NCBI GenBank assembly: GCA_000996895.1
Contig: LCBB01000003.1
Location: 3,659 to 67,658 of the forward strand
Source of the DNA: a candidate division WWE3 bacterium GW2011_GWC2_41_23
GTDB taxonomy: Bacteria > Patescibacteriota > WWE3 > UBA101185 > UBA10185
Direction: 5' to 3'
DNA: 64,000 bases
Shown: positions 1-8,427 of the stretch, piece after piece
How the letters are laid out: every line of letters begins with the position of its first letter
Numbering within the stretch: the stretch's first letter is position 1
Translations under genes and position numbers: made by a program
Notes under the pieces: generated by a model
Database searches by the model: none
Told to the model about the DNA's origin: nothing
What the model saw: the letters and a program-made list of their open reading frames with translations, nothing else

Positions 1-184
1 TCTTTTCAAACTCATCGAAATTGGCGGCTATTCTGTGGGTTATGAAACCAAAAGTCTCGCCGTTTTTTACCAGTCTGTACGATTGAACGTAGGTGGCTGT
101 TATTGCCTGCTGGAGGGTGTGAAATACCCTAACATCCACGGCTTTTTGAACACCTTGAGCTTTCGGGCTTGGGTCCATATACAT
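1..184 (-). CDS. hypothetical protein, N-terminal part (runs off window start)
   Basis: Read by hand: SD AAGGAG upstream of ATG at 184, open frame MYMDPSPKAQGVQKAVDVRVFHTLQQAITATYVQSY... to the window edge. Confidence 0.55.
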   Translation of the reverse strand, partial: MYMDPSPKAQGVQKAVDVRVFHTLQQAITATYVQSYRLVKNGETFGFITHRIAANFDEFEK

Positions 185-237
185 TTCTCTCCTTTTCTAA
201 GATTTACGGGGATTTTAGCACAATTTAGGGGAAATAC

Positions 238-265
238 TAAATGGAGCCAAAGGTGGGGATCGAAC
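238..265 (-). repeat. att-like copy of tRNA-Thr 3' end (distal islet boundary)
   Basis: taaatggagccaaaggtggggatcgaac identical to 2163-2190 (28 bp). Confidence 0.9.
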
Positions 266-276
266 GGGGGTTAGAT

Positions 277-795
277 TTAATCCGGTACTTTCATATTTTC
301 AAATTGCTCGTTTGCCCATTTTATGTGTTCTTCCAAGCTTTGGGAAAGGCCGAAATCAGCCCTGATTTTATTCACATTCTTTGGATTTTGAAGGGGAAGT
401 GGTTCGGATACGCTCTTACCATCCATGTTCTTGTGAATCTGCATAATTTCACCGAAGCGCTGTTTTTTTCCGCTACGTACGAGAGCATTATCAATTAATA
501 TGGCAACTTTTTCTCTGTCAGATGTACATTTTAGTATTTCGTCGGATTCGCAAATGCTTTCGATGAATTTTAGGTCTCTTGAGTGGCAGGATAGTGTTAT
601 GAACCGGTTAACACCCGATTCACCTAATTTACAAACAAAATCTGTCCCGAGAGTGCCGATTAAAAACTTCAGAATGTTTGTGGTAATGGTATCTGTAATT
701 TTGACAGGTAACACACCGTATTTTCCTTGGTATCTGACTTTTTGATCTACTTTAAATAGTATTGAAAGGAAGAAATTAACTATTTTGATTTTCAT
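277..795 (-). CDS. DUF6624-like hypothetical protein
   Basis: Motifs DQKVR, conserved His (SCHSRD), LIDNALVRSGKKQRFG and PLQNPKNVNKIRADFGL..LEE resemble the DUF6624 pattern (recognised by eye). Confidence 0.65.
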   Translation of the reverse strand: MKIKIVNFFLSILFKVDQKVRYQGKYGVLPVKITDTITTNILKFLIGTLGTDFVCKLGESGVNRFITLSCHSRDLKFIESICESDEILKCTSDREKVAILIDNALVRSGKKQRFGEIMQIHKNMDGKSVSEPLPLQNPKNVNKIRADFGLSQSLEEHIKWANEQFENMKVPD

Positions 796-807
796 ATAAG
801 TTTATTT

Positions 808-854
808 AAAAAAGGCCTGCAGGTGGTGCAAATTTCATGCATTGTGCAGGCCTT
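808..854 (-). terminator. intrinsic terminator after ATP-grasp gene
   Basis: aaggcctgca/tgcaggcctt inverted repeat followed by a U-tract on the minus strand. Confidence 0.65.
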
Positions 855-858
855 GCTG

Positions 859-1788
859 TTAATTCAGAAGCTTAGCAATCTCTTGGGCTATAGGGTGTCT
901 GCCTCCATTTTGAACAAAAATCCACGAACCTGTCGGATTGTTCTCTAGGAAGTAGTATATACCGTCTGTGCCTAAGATAAAATCCATTGCGCTAAACTTC
1001 AACCCGAAGTTTCGGACAAATGCGACACACCTGCTTTCTAGTTCTGCTGGAAGTTCTATGCGGCTATAGATTAGTTCGCCTTTTCTCCCATCTCTATAGT
1101 CCACGTCGTTTGTTTTCCGACCGACTTGTGTAATGGAGATGGAAAACACTCTATCGCCAACCACGATTGTTCTAATGTCAAACACCCTTTCTATTTCCTC
1201 CTGAAATATTGCCGGGGAAATAGGTAGCAGGCTGAAATCAACGGGGTCCTCCAGACCTATCCTGTTGGTAAAGATTGCCAAGAGTTTTCCCTCGCTGTTT
1301 ATAAGCATCTGTTTAGCTACGGGTTTAACTACAATTTTACCAACATCTGATCTGAACCTAATTGCCTCTTCGGGGCTGCTGGTTACTAGGGTTCTGGGTA
1401 TGGTCATGCCTAAACACTTGGCGGTTTCAAGCTGTAGCTGTTTGTTATCCGCGCGTTTTATGCGGTAAGGGTTTGACACCCACCGGGCTTTTTCCAGGAG
1501 TCCGTACAACTGGAAAACCATTTCTTCTCTGCACGCCCTGTTAAGCATCTCGTACGATCCGGCTTTTTCTTTTGTGTAAAAAAGGTTGGCGATGCGAAAC
1601 CATACGGAGGTAACGCTGTCAAGATCGAGGTTGTCCAAAGAGTGTCTGAATTTGTTTCCATTCCACTCATAGGACAGTTTTGGGAAGGGTATGTCATCAA
1701 TGTTCAGGCGTACAATTGGTTTGTCAATGTACTTTGTGACTTCCTGGAGCGTACGGTCGTTTGTGAGAGTGATTACTAACAGGCACAC
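859..1788 (-). CDS. MvdC/MvdD-family ATP-grasp peptide macrocyclase (graspetide synthetase)
   Basis: Pre-grasp SVWFR, NK.LQL..A..LG..IP.TLVT, KPV, FQEEI...DIR.IVVG, DYR, AMDFI....YYFLENNPTGSW; likely start GTG 1788 behind SD AAGGAG (ORF track starts at 1857). Confidence 0.88.
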   Translation of the reverse strand: MCLLVITLTNDRTLQEVTKYIDKPIVRLNIDDIPFPKLSYEWNGNKFRHSLDNLDLDSVTSVWFRIANLFYTKEKAGSYEMLNRACREEMVFQLYGLLEKARWVSNPYRIKRADNKQLQLETAKCLGMTIPRTLVTSSPEEAIRFRSDVGKIVVKPVAKQMLINSEGKLLAIFTNRIGLEDPVDFSLLPISPAIFQEEIERVFDIRTIVVGDRVFSISITQVGRKTNDVDYRDGRKGELIYSRIELPAELESRCVAFVRNFGLKFSAMDFILGTDGIYYFLENNPTGSWIFVQNGGRHPIAQEIAKLLN

Positions 1789-1814
1789 GGCATTACTCTC
1801 CTTGTCGGACGTAC

Positions 1815-1855
1815 AAAAAAAGATGGGGAAGGTCTGTGGTGGTAAGCACTTCCCC
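1815..1855 (-). terminator. hairpin plus U-tract between precursor and ligase (terminator/attenuator)
   Basis: ggggaag/cttcccc stem with U7 immediately downstream on the minus strand. Confidence 0.6.
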
Positions 1856-1868
1856 AAGGTAGCGACGC

Positions 1869-1988
1869 TCAGCAGGATTCGTAGTCGGTCTGTGTCCCGC
1901 TGGTATCGGCGTCATAAGTACACTTGCCATCGCATGTGGACTCGTCCGTTCTTTCAAGAACAACAACAAATTGCTCGTAGAAAGACAT
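1869..1988 (-). CDS. putative graspetide precursor peptide, 39 aa (MSFYEQFVVVLERTDESTCDGKCTYDADTSGTQTDYESC)
   Basis: Translated by hand (not in ORF track); SD AAGGAGG 5 nt before ATG; aromatic leader then T/S/K- and D/E-rich core; directly upstream of the ATP-grasp gene. Confidence 0.85.
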   Translation of the reverse strand: MSFYEQFVVVLERTDESTCDGKCTYDADTSGTQTDYESC

Positions 1989-2034
1989 TGTAACCTCCTT
2001 TCTTATATATTCGATATGTACCAATTCTGAGTGT

Positions 2035-2062
2035 ATTGTATCCCAAGCTTTTGTCCTGTCAA
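2035..2062 (-). promoter_or_regulatory. sigma70-type promoter of precursor gene
   Basis: TTGACA-N16-TACAAT on the minus strand, 46 nt upstream of the ATG. Confidence 0.7.
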
Positions 2063-2166
2063 ATGTTGTGGTGGCAAGGTTTTCTCCTAATGAGGTTGCT
2101 GACCTTGGGGGTAGCCTTCGCTGTAGTGGAATCCGCGCACAGGCTTGTGTAATTTGAGTTTTTAAA

Positions 2167-2241
2167 TGGAGCCAAAGGTGGGGATCGAACCCACAACCTG
2201 CTGTTTACAAAACAGCTGCTCTACCATTGAGCTACTTTGGC
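2167..2241 (-). tRNA. tRNA-Thr(UGU)
   Basis: GCCAAAGTAGCTCAATGGTAGAGCAGCTGTTTTGTAAACAGCAGGTTGTGGGTTCGATCCCCACCTTTGGCTCCA; cloverleaf, TGT anticodon, encoded CCA. Confidence 0.97.
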
Positions 2242-2364
2242 GAGTGTAACGAGCCAATGAGCGATGAAGTCGCACCTTTGGCGAGGCGAAGCGGGCCAAA
2301 GACTAATGACTTTGGCGAGTGTAACGAGCCAATGAGCGATGAAGTCGCACCTTTGGCGAGGCGA
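2234..2364. repeat. 56-bp direct repeat x2 with internal hairpins, upstream of tRNA-Thr
   Basis: 2234-2289 identical to 2309-2364; ctttggcgag occurs four times. Confidence 0.9.
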
Positions 2365-2537
2365 GGATAGCATAAACCAATAGATTTTAGCACGAAATTT
2401 TTTGCAATAGAAAGAGTTGTTGTCCGCGTATGCGGAGCGATCCTGTTTACGTAATCTTTATATTTGTTGTAGAATCGGGTAAATACTTTTTTCTATTCAT
2501 GTAAGTCCAAAAGGAGAGCGCTAAATGAATACGAAAG

Positions 2538-2765
2538 ATGGTGACCCACTTAGGAAGAGTGCTGTTAATTATAATACCGGTGTTTCTAATACCGGTAATA
2601 ATTGGGGCGTTTCTACACCGATGCTATGGCATGAATCTTCAAGCATCAGCATTGCGGTCGACCACTGCTTGGGTTGTCAATGCCTGGATTCAGCCTGTCT
2701 TCACTGCCGCCACAAGCAGAACAGAAACCATAACGGACACTGACCTTAATCAGAAAAGGAGCTAA
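2538..2765 (+). CDS. small putative membrane protein (frame ambiguous with 2525-2743)
   Basis: Hydrophobic segment VLLIIIPVFLIPVIIGAFL; followed by a long hairpin at ~2802-2855. Confidence 0.4.
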   Translation: MVTHLGRVLLIIIPVFLIPVIIGAFLHRCYGMNLQASALRSTTAWVVNAWIQPVFTAATSRTETITDTDLNQKRS

Positions 2766-2924
2766 CCATTCAGGTACCTGAAAAGTATTTGCCTTATTAA
2801 AGCCGGAGGAACTGTGAAAATTTTTTATAAATTCACAACCTCCGGCGTAGTTTTTCCGTCAAAAAACCCTATATTTCTCAATCGTTGACACAGCAACGGC
2901 ATGTATGGTTTAATTCACTACGTT

Positions 2925-3173
2925 ATGTCAAGAATATGCGACTTTTGCGGTAAAACTTATCAGCAAGGAAACTTGGTCCCGAGAGGGGTCGGTAACCGTG
3001 TTACCAGAAGAACCACTAACAAGAGAAAAGCTAATTTAAGAAGTAAAAGGCTTGAGATTAACGGCCGAATGGTCAGAGTCACTATCTGTGCCTCCTGTCT
3101 GAAAAGACTTAAAAAAGACATTAAAGAGGCAAATTTGGCTTTAGTACAGGCGCAAGCACAGGTAGCCGCCTAA
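2925..3173 (+). CDS. rpmB: 50S ribosomal protein L28
   Basis: MSRICDFCGK...ICASCLK zinc-binding L28 pattern; TTGACA promoter at 2885. Confidence 0.93.
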   Translation: MSRICDFCGKTYQQGNLVPRGVGNRVTRRTTNKRKANLRSKRLEINGRMVRVTICASCLKRLKKDIKEANLALVQAQAQVAA

Positions 3174-4108
3174 ACGAGATATCCGTTTTCAAACTCTTTC
3201 CACGACATCATTTTTTTCCCTTCAATTTGTAAATTATCAATCGAAATTTTATCTTTTTCCGGATGCGCGGAGTATATTTTGACCGCAAGCCCGCCGTCTA
3301 CGTGATCCCTGAACTTAATTTTTCCCTGTGAAAGACACCCGGCTTCCTGAATATCTTTCAGGTAAGTCCACGCAATAGGCCAGGGGTTAAACGCCCTAAT
3401 TTTTTGGTCGATGTTTTTTGTATCATTTTTCCAGTTAATAAGCCCGTCCTCTTTAAAAACGAAGGTATTGTGAGGATGAGTTCTGGAGAAGGTGTAAGTA
3501 GCGTTGTCTTCATCCTGGGGCATGGGCTTAATACTTCCTGAGCAGTACCCAAGAATAACATCAGGAAGTTTGTCGGCGGCAACGTGGAACAAAGTTTCGT
3601 AAAGTTCTCCCGACGTTTCGGTTTGGTTCATCTTATAACCTATCTGGCTAAGGATATCACCCGCATCCATACGTTTGCTAATAAGTTGATATGTAATTCC
3701 TGTTGTTTCGTCCCCGTTTAATATCGCGAATTGTACAGGGCTTGCTCCCCGGTATTTGGGTAGAAGAGAGAAGTGTATATTAGTCAATTTTCCGTCAAAA
3801 AATTTAATGATGTCTTCCGGAATCATGTAGCTGAAATCCGCGACTACTCCGTAGTCGGGCTTGTATTTGTGAAGGTCTTCTATCACCATTCGCAGGTCAT
3901 AATCTTTCAAGGACCTTATTTCCACATACCTGACACCCTGTTCCCGCGCCCACTTTTTAACCGCGGTTTCTCTTGTTTCGTGGTTTCTCCCCACTTTGGT
4001 ATCGCTTTTAGTAACACACAAAACCAGGCTAAACTCTTTGTGAAGACTCTCAAGTATGGGGAGCGACCTGTCCGAAGTTCCGAAAAACGCGACTTTTAAT
4101 TTTTTCAC
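3170..4108 (-). CDS. fmt: methionyl-tRNA formyltransferase
   Basis: FFGTS, NIHFSLLPKYRGASPVQ, MDAGDI, IRAFNPWP. Confidence 0.95.
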   Translation of the reverse strand: MKKLKVAFFGTSDRSLPILESLHKEFSLVLCVTKSDTKVGRNHETRETAVKKWAREQGVRYVEIRSLKDYDLRMVIEDLHKYKPDYGVVADFSYMIPEDIIKFFDGKLTNIHFSLLPKYRGASPVQFAILNGDETTGITYQLISKRMDAGDILSQIGYKMNQTETSGELYETLFHVAADKLPDVILGYCSGSIKPMPQDEDNATYTFSRTHPHNTFVFKEDGLINWKNDTKNIDQKIRAFNPWPIAWTYLKDIQEAGCLSQGKIKFRDHVDGGLAVKIYSAHPEKDKISIDNLQIEGKKMMSWKEFENGYLV

Positions 4109-4641
4109 TGCCCCTCCTGTGAAAATAAGGCGTCCATTTCCTGCTCGGTTATTACGCCCCCAACCACTCTGTCCGTAAACAAAACGCCCTCCAAGTGGTC
4201 TATTTCATGCTGAACTGTCCTTGCAAAAAAATCCTGAGCCTTAATTTTTATGCGTTCTCCCGAAATGTCCAGAGCATCTACTTTTATTTTTTTGTAGCGT
4301 TCTACCTTTCCGTAAACATTTGGGACGCTTAGGCACCCCTCGTAATCAATTTCGGTTTCTTTGGAGGTACTCACTATTTTAGGATTTATAAGTACGTAAT
4401 CTTCGTGTGTGTACTCGCCGTTTTTGGCGGGGTCGGGAAAAAAATTCCTTACAACACACATCTTTTTTGAAACCCCGATTTGTGTAGCGGCGATGCCGGC
4501 TCCCTCAGGGTCTTTTGCCACTTCTAAGGTATCCAGCAGGTCCCGAGCAAGCTTTTTTTCTTCTTCTCCGACCTTGCTTACCTTTTGAGCCTTGTTCCGT
4601 AACACGGGGTCAGGTATTGTAACTATTTGTCTGATTGCCAT
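4105..4641 (-). CDS. def: peptide deformylase
   Basis: GAGIAATQIG, EGCLSVP, QHEIDHLEG. Confidence 0.97.
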   Translation of the reverse strand: MAIRQIVTIPDPVLRNKAQKVSKVGEEEKKLARDLLDTLEVAKDPEGAGIAATQIGVSKKMCVVRNFFPDPAKNGEYTHEDYVLINPKIVSTSKETEIDYEGCLSVPNVYGKVERYKKIKVDALDISGERIKIKAQDFFARTVQHEIDHLEGVLFTDRVVGGVITEQEMDALFSQEGQ

Positions 4642-4737
4642 GCCTCATATTTTACCACTATTAAGGGATTTCTATGTGAGTGGGGCAGTTGAGCGTACGT
4701 GTTGTGTTATACTCGAAAATGTTACTCTAAGGTAAAT

Positions 4738-6868
4738 ATGAAACTTGTAATTGTTGAGTCGCCTACAAAAGCAAAGACGCTGTCCAAGATTTTACCTCAG
4801 TCTTACAGCATAAAGTGGTTTAGGTGTGGATGTTGAAAAAGATTTTACCCTCACATACGAAGTCCCTTCCAAAGCAAAAAAAGTTTTGACAGATTTGAAA
4901 AAAACTGCGAAAGAGGCGGAGGAAATTGTTTTAGCAACTGATCCTGATAGGGAAGGGGAGGCGATTGCATGGCACCTGGAGGAGCTGTTGCGCGGAAAAA
5001 AAGACACAAGAGTTTTTTCACGCGTTGTTTTTCACGAACTAACTAAAGAAGCAATTAACGAAGCGTTTAAAAATCCCGGAAAAATAGATTTGGATTTGGT
5101 CGACGCCCAACAAGCACGCAGGGTGCTGGACAGATTAGTGGGCTACAAACTGTCCCCATTACTTTGGAAGAAAGTTATGTACGGGCTGTCGGCAGGCCGC
5201 GTTCAGAGCGTTGCTGTGCGGTTAGTTGTTGAACGTGAAAGGGAGCGGCAGGCATTTAACCCCGAGGAATACTGGGGGGTTTTGGGGGAATTTCAAAACG
5301 GCAGCAAAAAAAAGATTCGGGCCGAGCTTTCGGAGATAAACGGCAAGAAAGTTGAGATAAAAAACGGAGGACAGGCGGAAGAAATTAAAGCCGGGGCGTT
5401 AAAAGGAACTTATTCAGTCATCTCATTAAAAAAATCAGAGCGAAAAAAGAACCCATATCCCCCTTTCAAGACATCCACTCTCCAACAGGCAATGGCCAAT
5501 ATATATGGGTTTAACGCCAAAAAAACGATGCGGGCAGCACAGGGGTTGTTTGAGAAGGGGTACATCACCTACCACAGAACGGACTCACTGAGCCTTTCCC
5601 CGCACTTTATCAATACGGCGCGCGAACTGATAAAAAAACGCTTCGGAGAGACCTATTTGCCTGCTACCCCTAACCTATATAAGACAAAGTCAGCTAATGC
5701 TCAGGAGGCACACGAAGCAATTCGTCCTACTTCGGCACATGCAGTGCCATCAAAAAGTATAGGGTTGTCAGGAGATGAGTTTAAAACATACTCGATAATT
5801 TGGTTAAGGAGTTTAGAATGCCAGATGAATCCCTCCATATATGAACAGACATCTTTATCTATAGGTTCGGATGAGGGGTATATTTTTAAGGCTTCGGGAT
5901 CCACAGTGTTGTTCGAGGGGTGGTTGGCCGTCTCAAAAATGGTCGGAGTAAAAGAGGACGAAGAGGAAACCTCTAGTATTCTTCCGGAATTAGTCGAAGG
6001 AACCAAAATGAAGCTTCTGGAGATAAAAAATGAACAACATTTTACCCAACCTCCGGCGAGATACAACGACGCTTCTTTGATAAAAAAGATGGAGGAAATG
6101 GGAGTCGGACGACCTTCGACTTACGCGCCCACACTTTCCACCATTCAGGACCGCAAATATGTGTTACGTGACGGTAGATATTTTTACCCCAACGATGTTG
6201 CTTATGTGGTCGTTGACCTTTTAGTAGAGCACTTTCCGGAAATTGTCGATTATAACTTTACAGCCCTGATGGAGGAGAGTTTGGATAAGGTTGCGGAAGG
6301 AAAAGTACAGTGGGTTCCGGTAATACGCGAATTTTATAAACCTTTCGAAAAGAAAATACTCGCGAAAGACAAAGAACTAAATAAAAGGGATGTGACAAAT
6401 CTGGGTGACAGTGAAGAAAAATGTCCGGAATGCGGCCGTGTTCTGGTTTTTAAACTAGGCAAATTCGGCAAGTTTTTAAGCTGCTCGGGATACCCGGATT
6501 GCAAGTACGCCAAGCCTTTAGAACCACTAAACGGTGTCGGCGGGGAAGATGAAGATTTTGGAAAATGCGATAAATGCGAAGATGGAATAATGGTTTTGAA
6601 GCAGGGAAGATTCGGAAAGTTTTTAGCCTGCAGCAATTATCCGAAATGCAAGAATACTAAGCCGTTTTTGGATAAAATAGGAATGAAATGCCCGCAATGC
6701 GGGGAAGGCGAGGTAGTAAAGAAAAAGTCTAAGTGGAAAGAGTTTTACGGATGCAGCAGATACCCCGATTGCGACTGGAAGAGTTGGAAGAATCCGATGG
6801 TTGTGGCAAGTGGGAATGGGGAAGATAGCGAGAAAGAGAGTGGCGATTCAATTGACAGTTTAGTTTAA
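4738..6868 (+). CDS. topA: DNA topoisomerase I with C-terminal zinc ribbons (apparent frameshift/deletion near 4813)
   Basis: MKLVIVESPTKAKT from 4738 in a different frame; ATDPDREGEAI, SAGRVQS, GYITYHRTDS, AQEAHEAIRPT, C4 ribbons. Confidence 0.95.
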
Positions 6869-6990
6869 AGTTTTAAGAATTTTTCAGTAGCTTATAGCAA
6901 TTGTCATATTGCATTGTTTGTGCTAATATCCAGCCACGCGAATGCGTTAGTCAATCAGACAAAATACTCTTAGAAAGAGGAGGAGAGAAA

Positions 6991-7761
6991 ATGAACGCCA
7001 GAAACTTAAAAGGACTTTTGGTCCTGGTCTTGGTGGTTTCTTTAGTTGGTGGTTGTAGAGGATGCGATGTTATAAAGCCTACTGCTGTGTCAGTAGTGCC
7101 GTCGTCTACTCCAAAGCCTGTAGTACCCGCTGCAACCCAAACACCAACTGCAACCCAAACACCAACGGTCAAACCGACTGAAACCAACACACCGACGGTT
7201 ACGCAAACACTTGAACCGACGGTTGTTCCTACCGCGCTTTCGGCGGAGGGATACACATTCTTTGGAACCCAGCTTAAGTATTTGATTGATACTTCCGGTT
7301 GGGACTACAAGCCTTTGAATTGTGGGGCTGATGTATTTATAGGCGAAAGGAATGTGCTAATCGCAGAGTCGGGCGTCTGTCCCAGAATAATCGTTCCTGT
7401 TGCGGATAGAGCGGACGGGAGCTACCTAATTGAGGCAGAATATTGGTGGTTACCGTCGGATGGTACCAACAGCACGGCAGTACCTTTTGACCACAGATTC
7501 TATGTATACAAAGGAGACATGATAGACTCTGGGATATCCTGGCTGGATTTGGATGAATCCTCTACTATAGAGGCAATTGCAGGAGGGTATAATTTCGTTT
7601 GGGAAAAATCATTGGAAATCAGTGCTTCTATTGGAACGGAGGTGTTTCTTCCAAGCCCTGTGAAAATTTTCCCGCTCACTTCTGCAGAGTACCTATCGGT
7701 GATTTCTCGCCCGGATCTTTTTCCTCAGTATTTGGAATCTGCGGTTCAACCGAGAAAATAA
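6991..7761 (+). CDS. putative lipoprotein with Pro/Thr-rich linker
   Basis: Strong SD, signal peptide ending LVGGC, ATQTPT repeats (18-bp tandem at 7130-7165). Confidence 0.7.
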   Translation: MNARNLKGLLVLVLVVSLVGGCRGCDVIKPTAVSVVPSSTPKPVVPAATQTPTATQTPTVKPTETNTPTVTQTLEPTVVPTALSAEGYTFFGTQLKYLIDTSGWDYKPLNCGADVFIGERNVLIAESGVCPRIIVPVADRADGSYLIEAEYWWLPSDGTNSTAVPFDHRFYVYKGDMIDSGISWLDLDESSTIEAIAGGYNFVWEKSLEISASIGTEVFLPSPVKIFPLTSAEYLSVISRPDLFPQYLESAVQPRK

Positions 7762-7861
7762 AACGGCCTTTTTGGGGACAAGTTAGTGCTTAACAACACT
7801 GAACGGTTCCCATTTTTTTTTGCTCTTGATATTTGGTGGCACCTCCGTACATAATTAATCT

Positions 7862-8416
7862 ATGAAGAAATTTTTGATAGTATCTCTAGCGTTGTTTTTT
7901 ACTGTGGCAATCTTTCTGTTTGTTGGTTGGTTTCTTCTACAAAAATACCCCGGACTGACAAGAAAAGACGCCGGTAAATTTGATAATGCTTCAAGCGGGA
8001 GTACTTTTTCTAAATTTATTGCAGAACAGCCTTACGTATTTGATATCGACGTTGGTTCCTACCCCGGGGATAAAATACTTAACATTGGGGCAGAAGAGTT
8101 CTATGAAATTCAAAGTTCTAGAGAAACTTCTGCACTTCTTGATAAAACATACAAGTTTTATTTAGTGGCTGCGATTGAAGATAGAAATAACGGATTAGTG
8201 ACTCTTTATGAAGAAGGCACAGATTCGAAGAGGCGTGTCTTTAAATGTTCGGGCGACAGGGTTTTTGCAATGAAGAATAGGAATTTTTCCTTCATTTCTT
8301 CAGGATTTGATTTTATGGAGACATTGAGTGTAGGTGACCGTGTTTATACCAAGTGTTTAAATAGTGACTGTACAACGCTGGGTCCGGATTGTATTATTGT
8401 AAAGGAGATAGAGTAA
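7862..8416 (+). CDS. hypothetical N-terminally anchored membrane protein
   Basis: One N-terminal TM helix; Cys cluster at C-terminus. Confidence 0.7.
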   Translation: MKKFLIVSLALFFTVAIFLFVGWFLLQKYPGLTRKDAGKFDNASSGSTFSKFIAEQPYVFDIDVGSYPGDKILNIGAEEFYEIQSSRETSALLDKTYKFYLVAAIEDRNNGLVTLYEEGTDSKRRVFKCSGDRVFAMKNRNFSFISSGFDFMETLSVGDRVYTKCLNSDCTTLGPDCIIVKEIE

Positions 8417-8427
8417 CGGGTGTTTTT

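Larger units (their letters stand above)
238..2190 (-). mobile_element. small genomic islet integrated at tRNA-Thr, no integrase, carrying a RiPP cluster
   Basis: 28-bp direct repeats at both ends, one being the tRNA 3' end; cargo of three co-oriented accessory genes. Confidence 0.75.

Noticed and set aside
859-1857. RimK ribosomal S6 glutamyl ligase annotation
   Set aside because: MvdD-type pre-grasp motif (VWFR), NP.G.W ending and an adjacent precursor fit RiPP ligases better; S6 here does not end in Glu-Glu
1691-1993. 100-aa plus-strand ORF over the precursor region
   Set aside because: Antisense to the ligase and precursor; promoter, SD and terminator signals all support the minus strand
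2234-2364. CRISPR array
   Set aside because: Only two 56-bp copies with a 19-bp gap, overlapping a tRNA end, and no cas genes
4800-4830. Programmed ribosomal frameshift in topA
   Set aside because: Conserved residues are physically missing and no clear slippery site or stimulator is present
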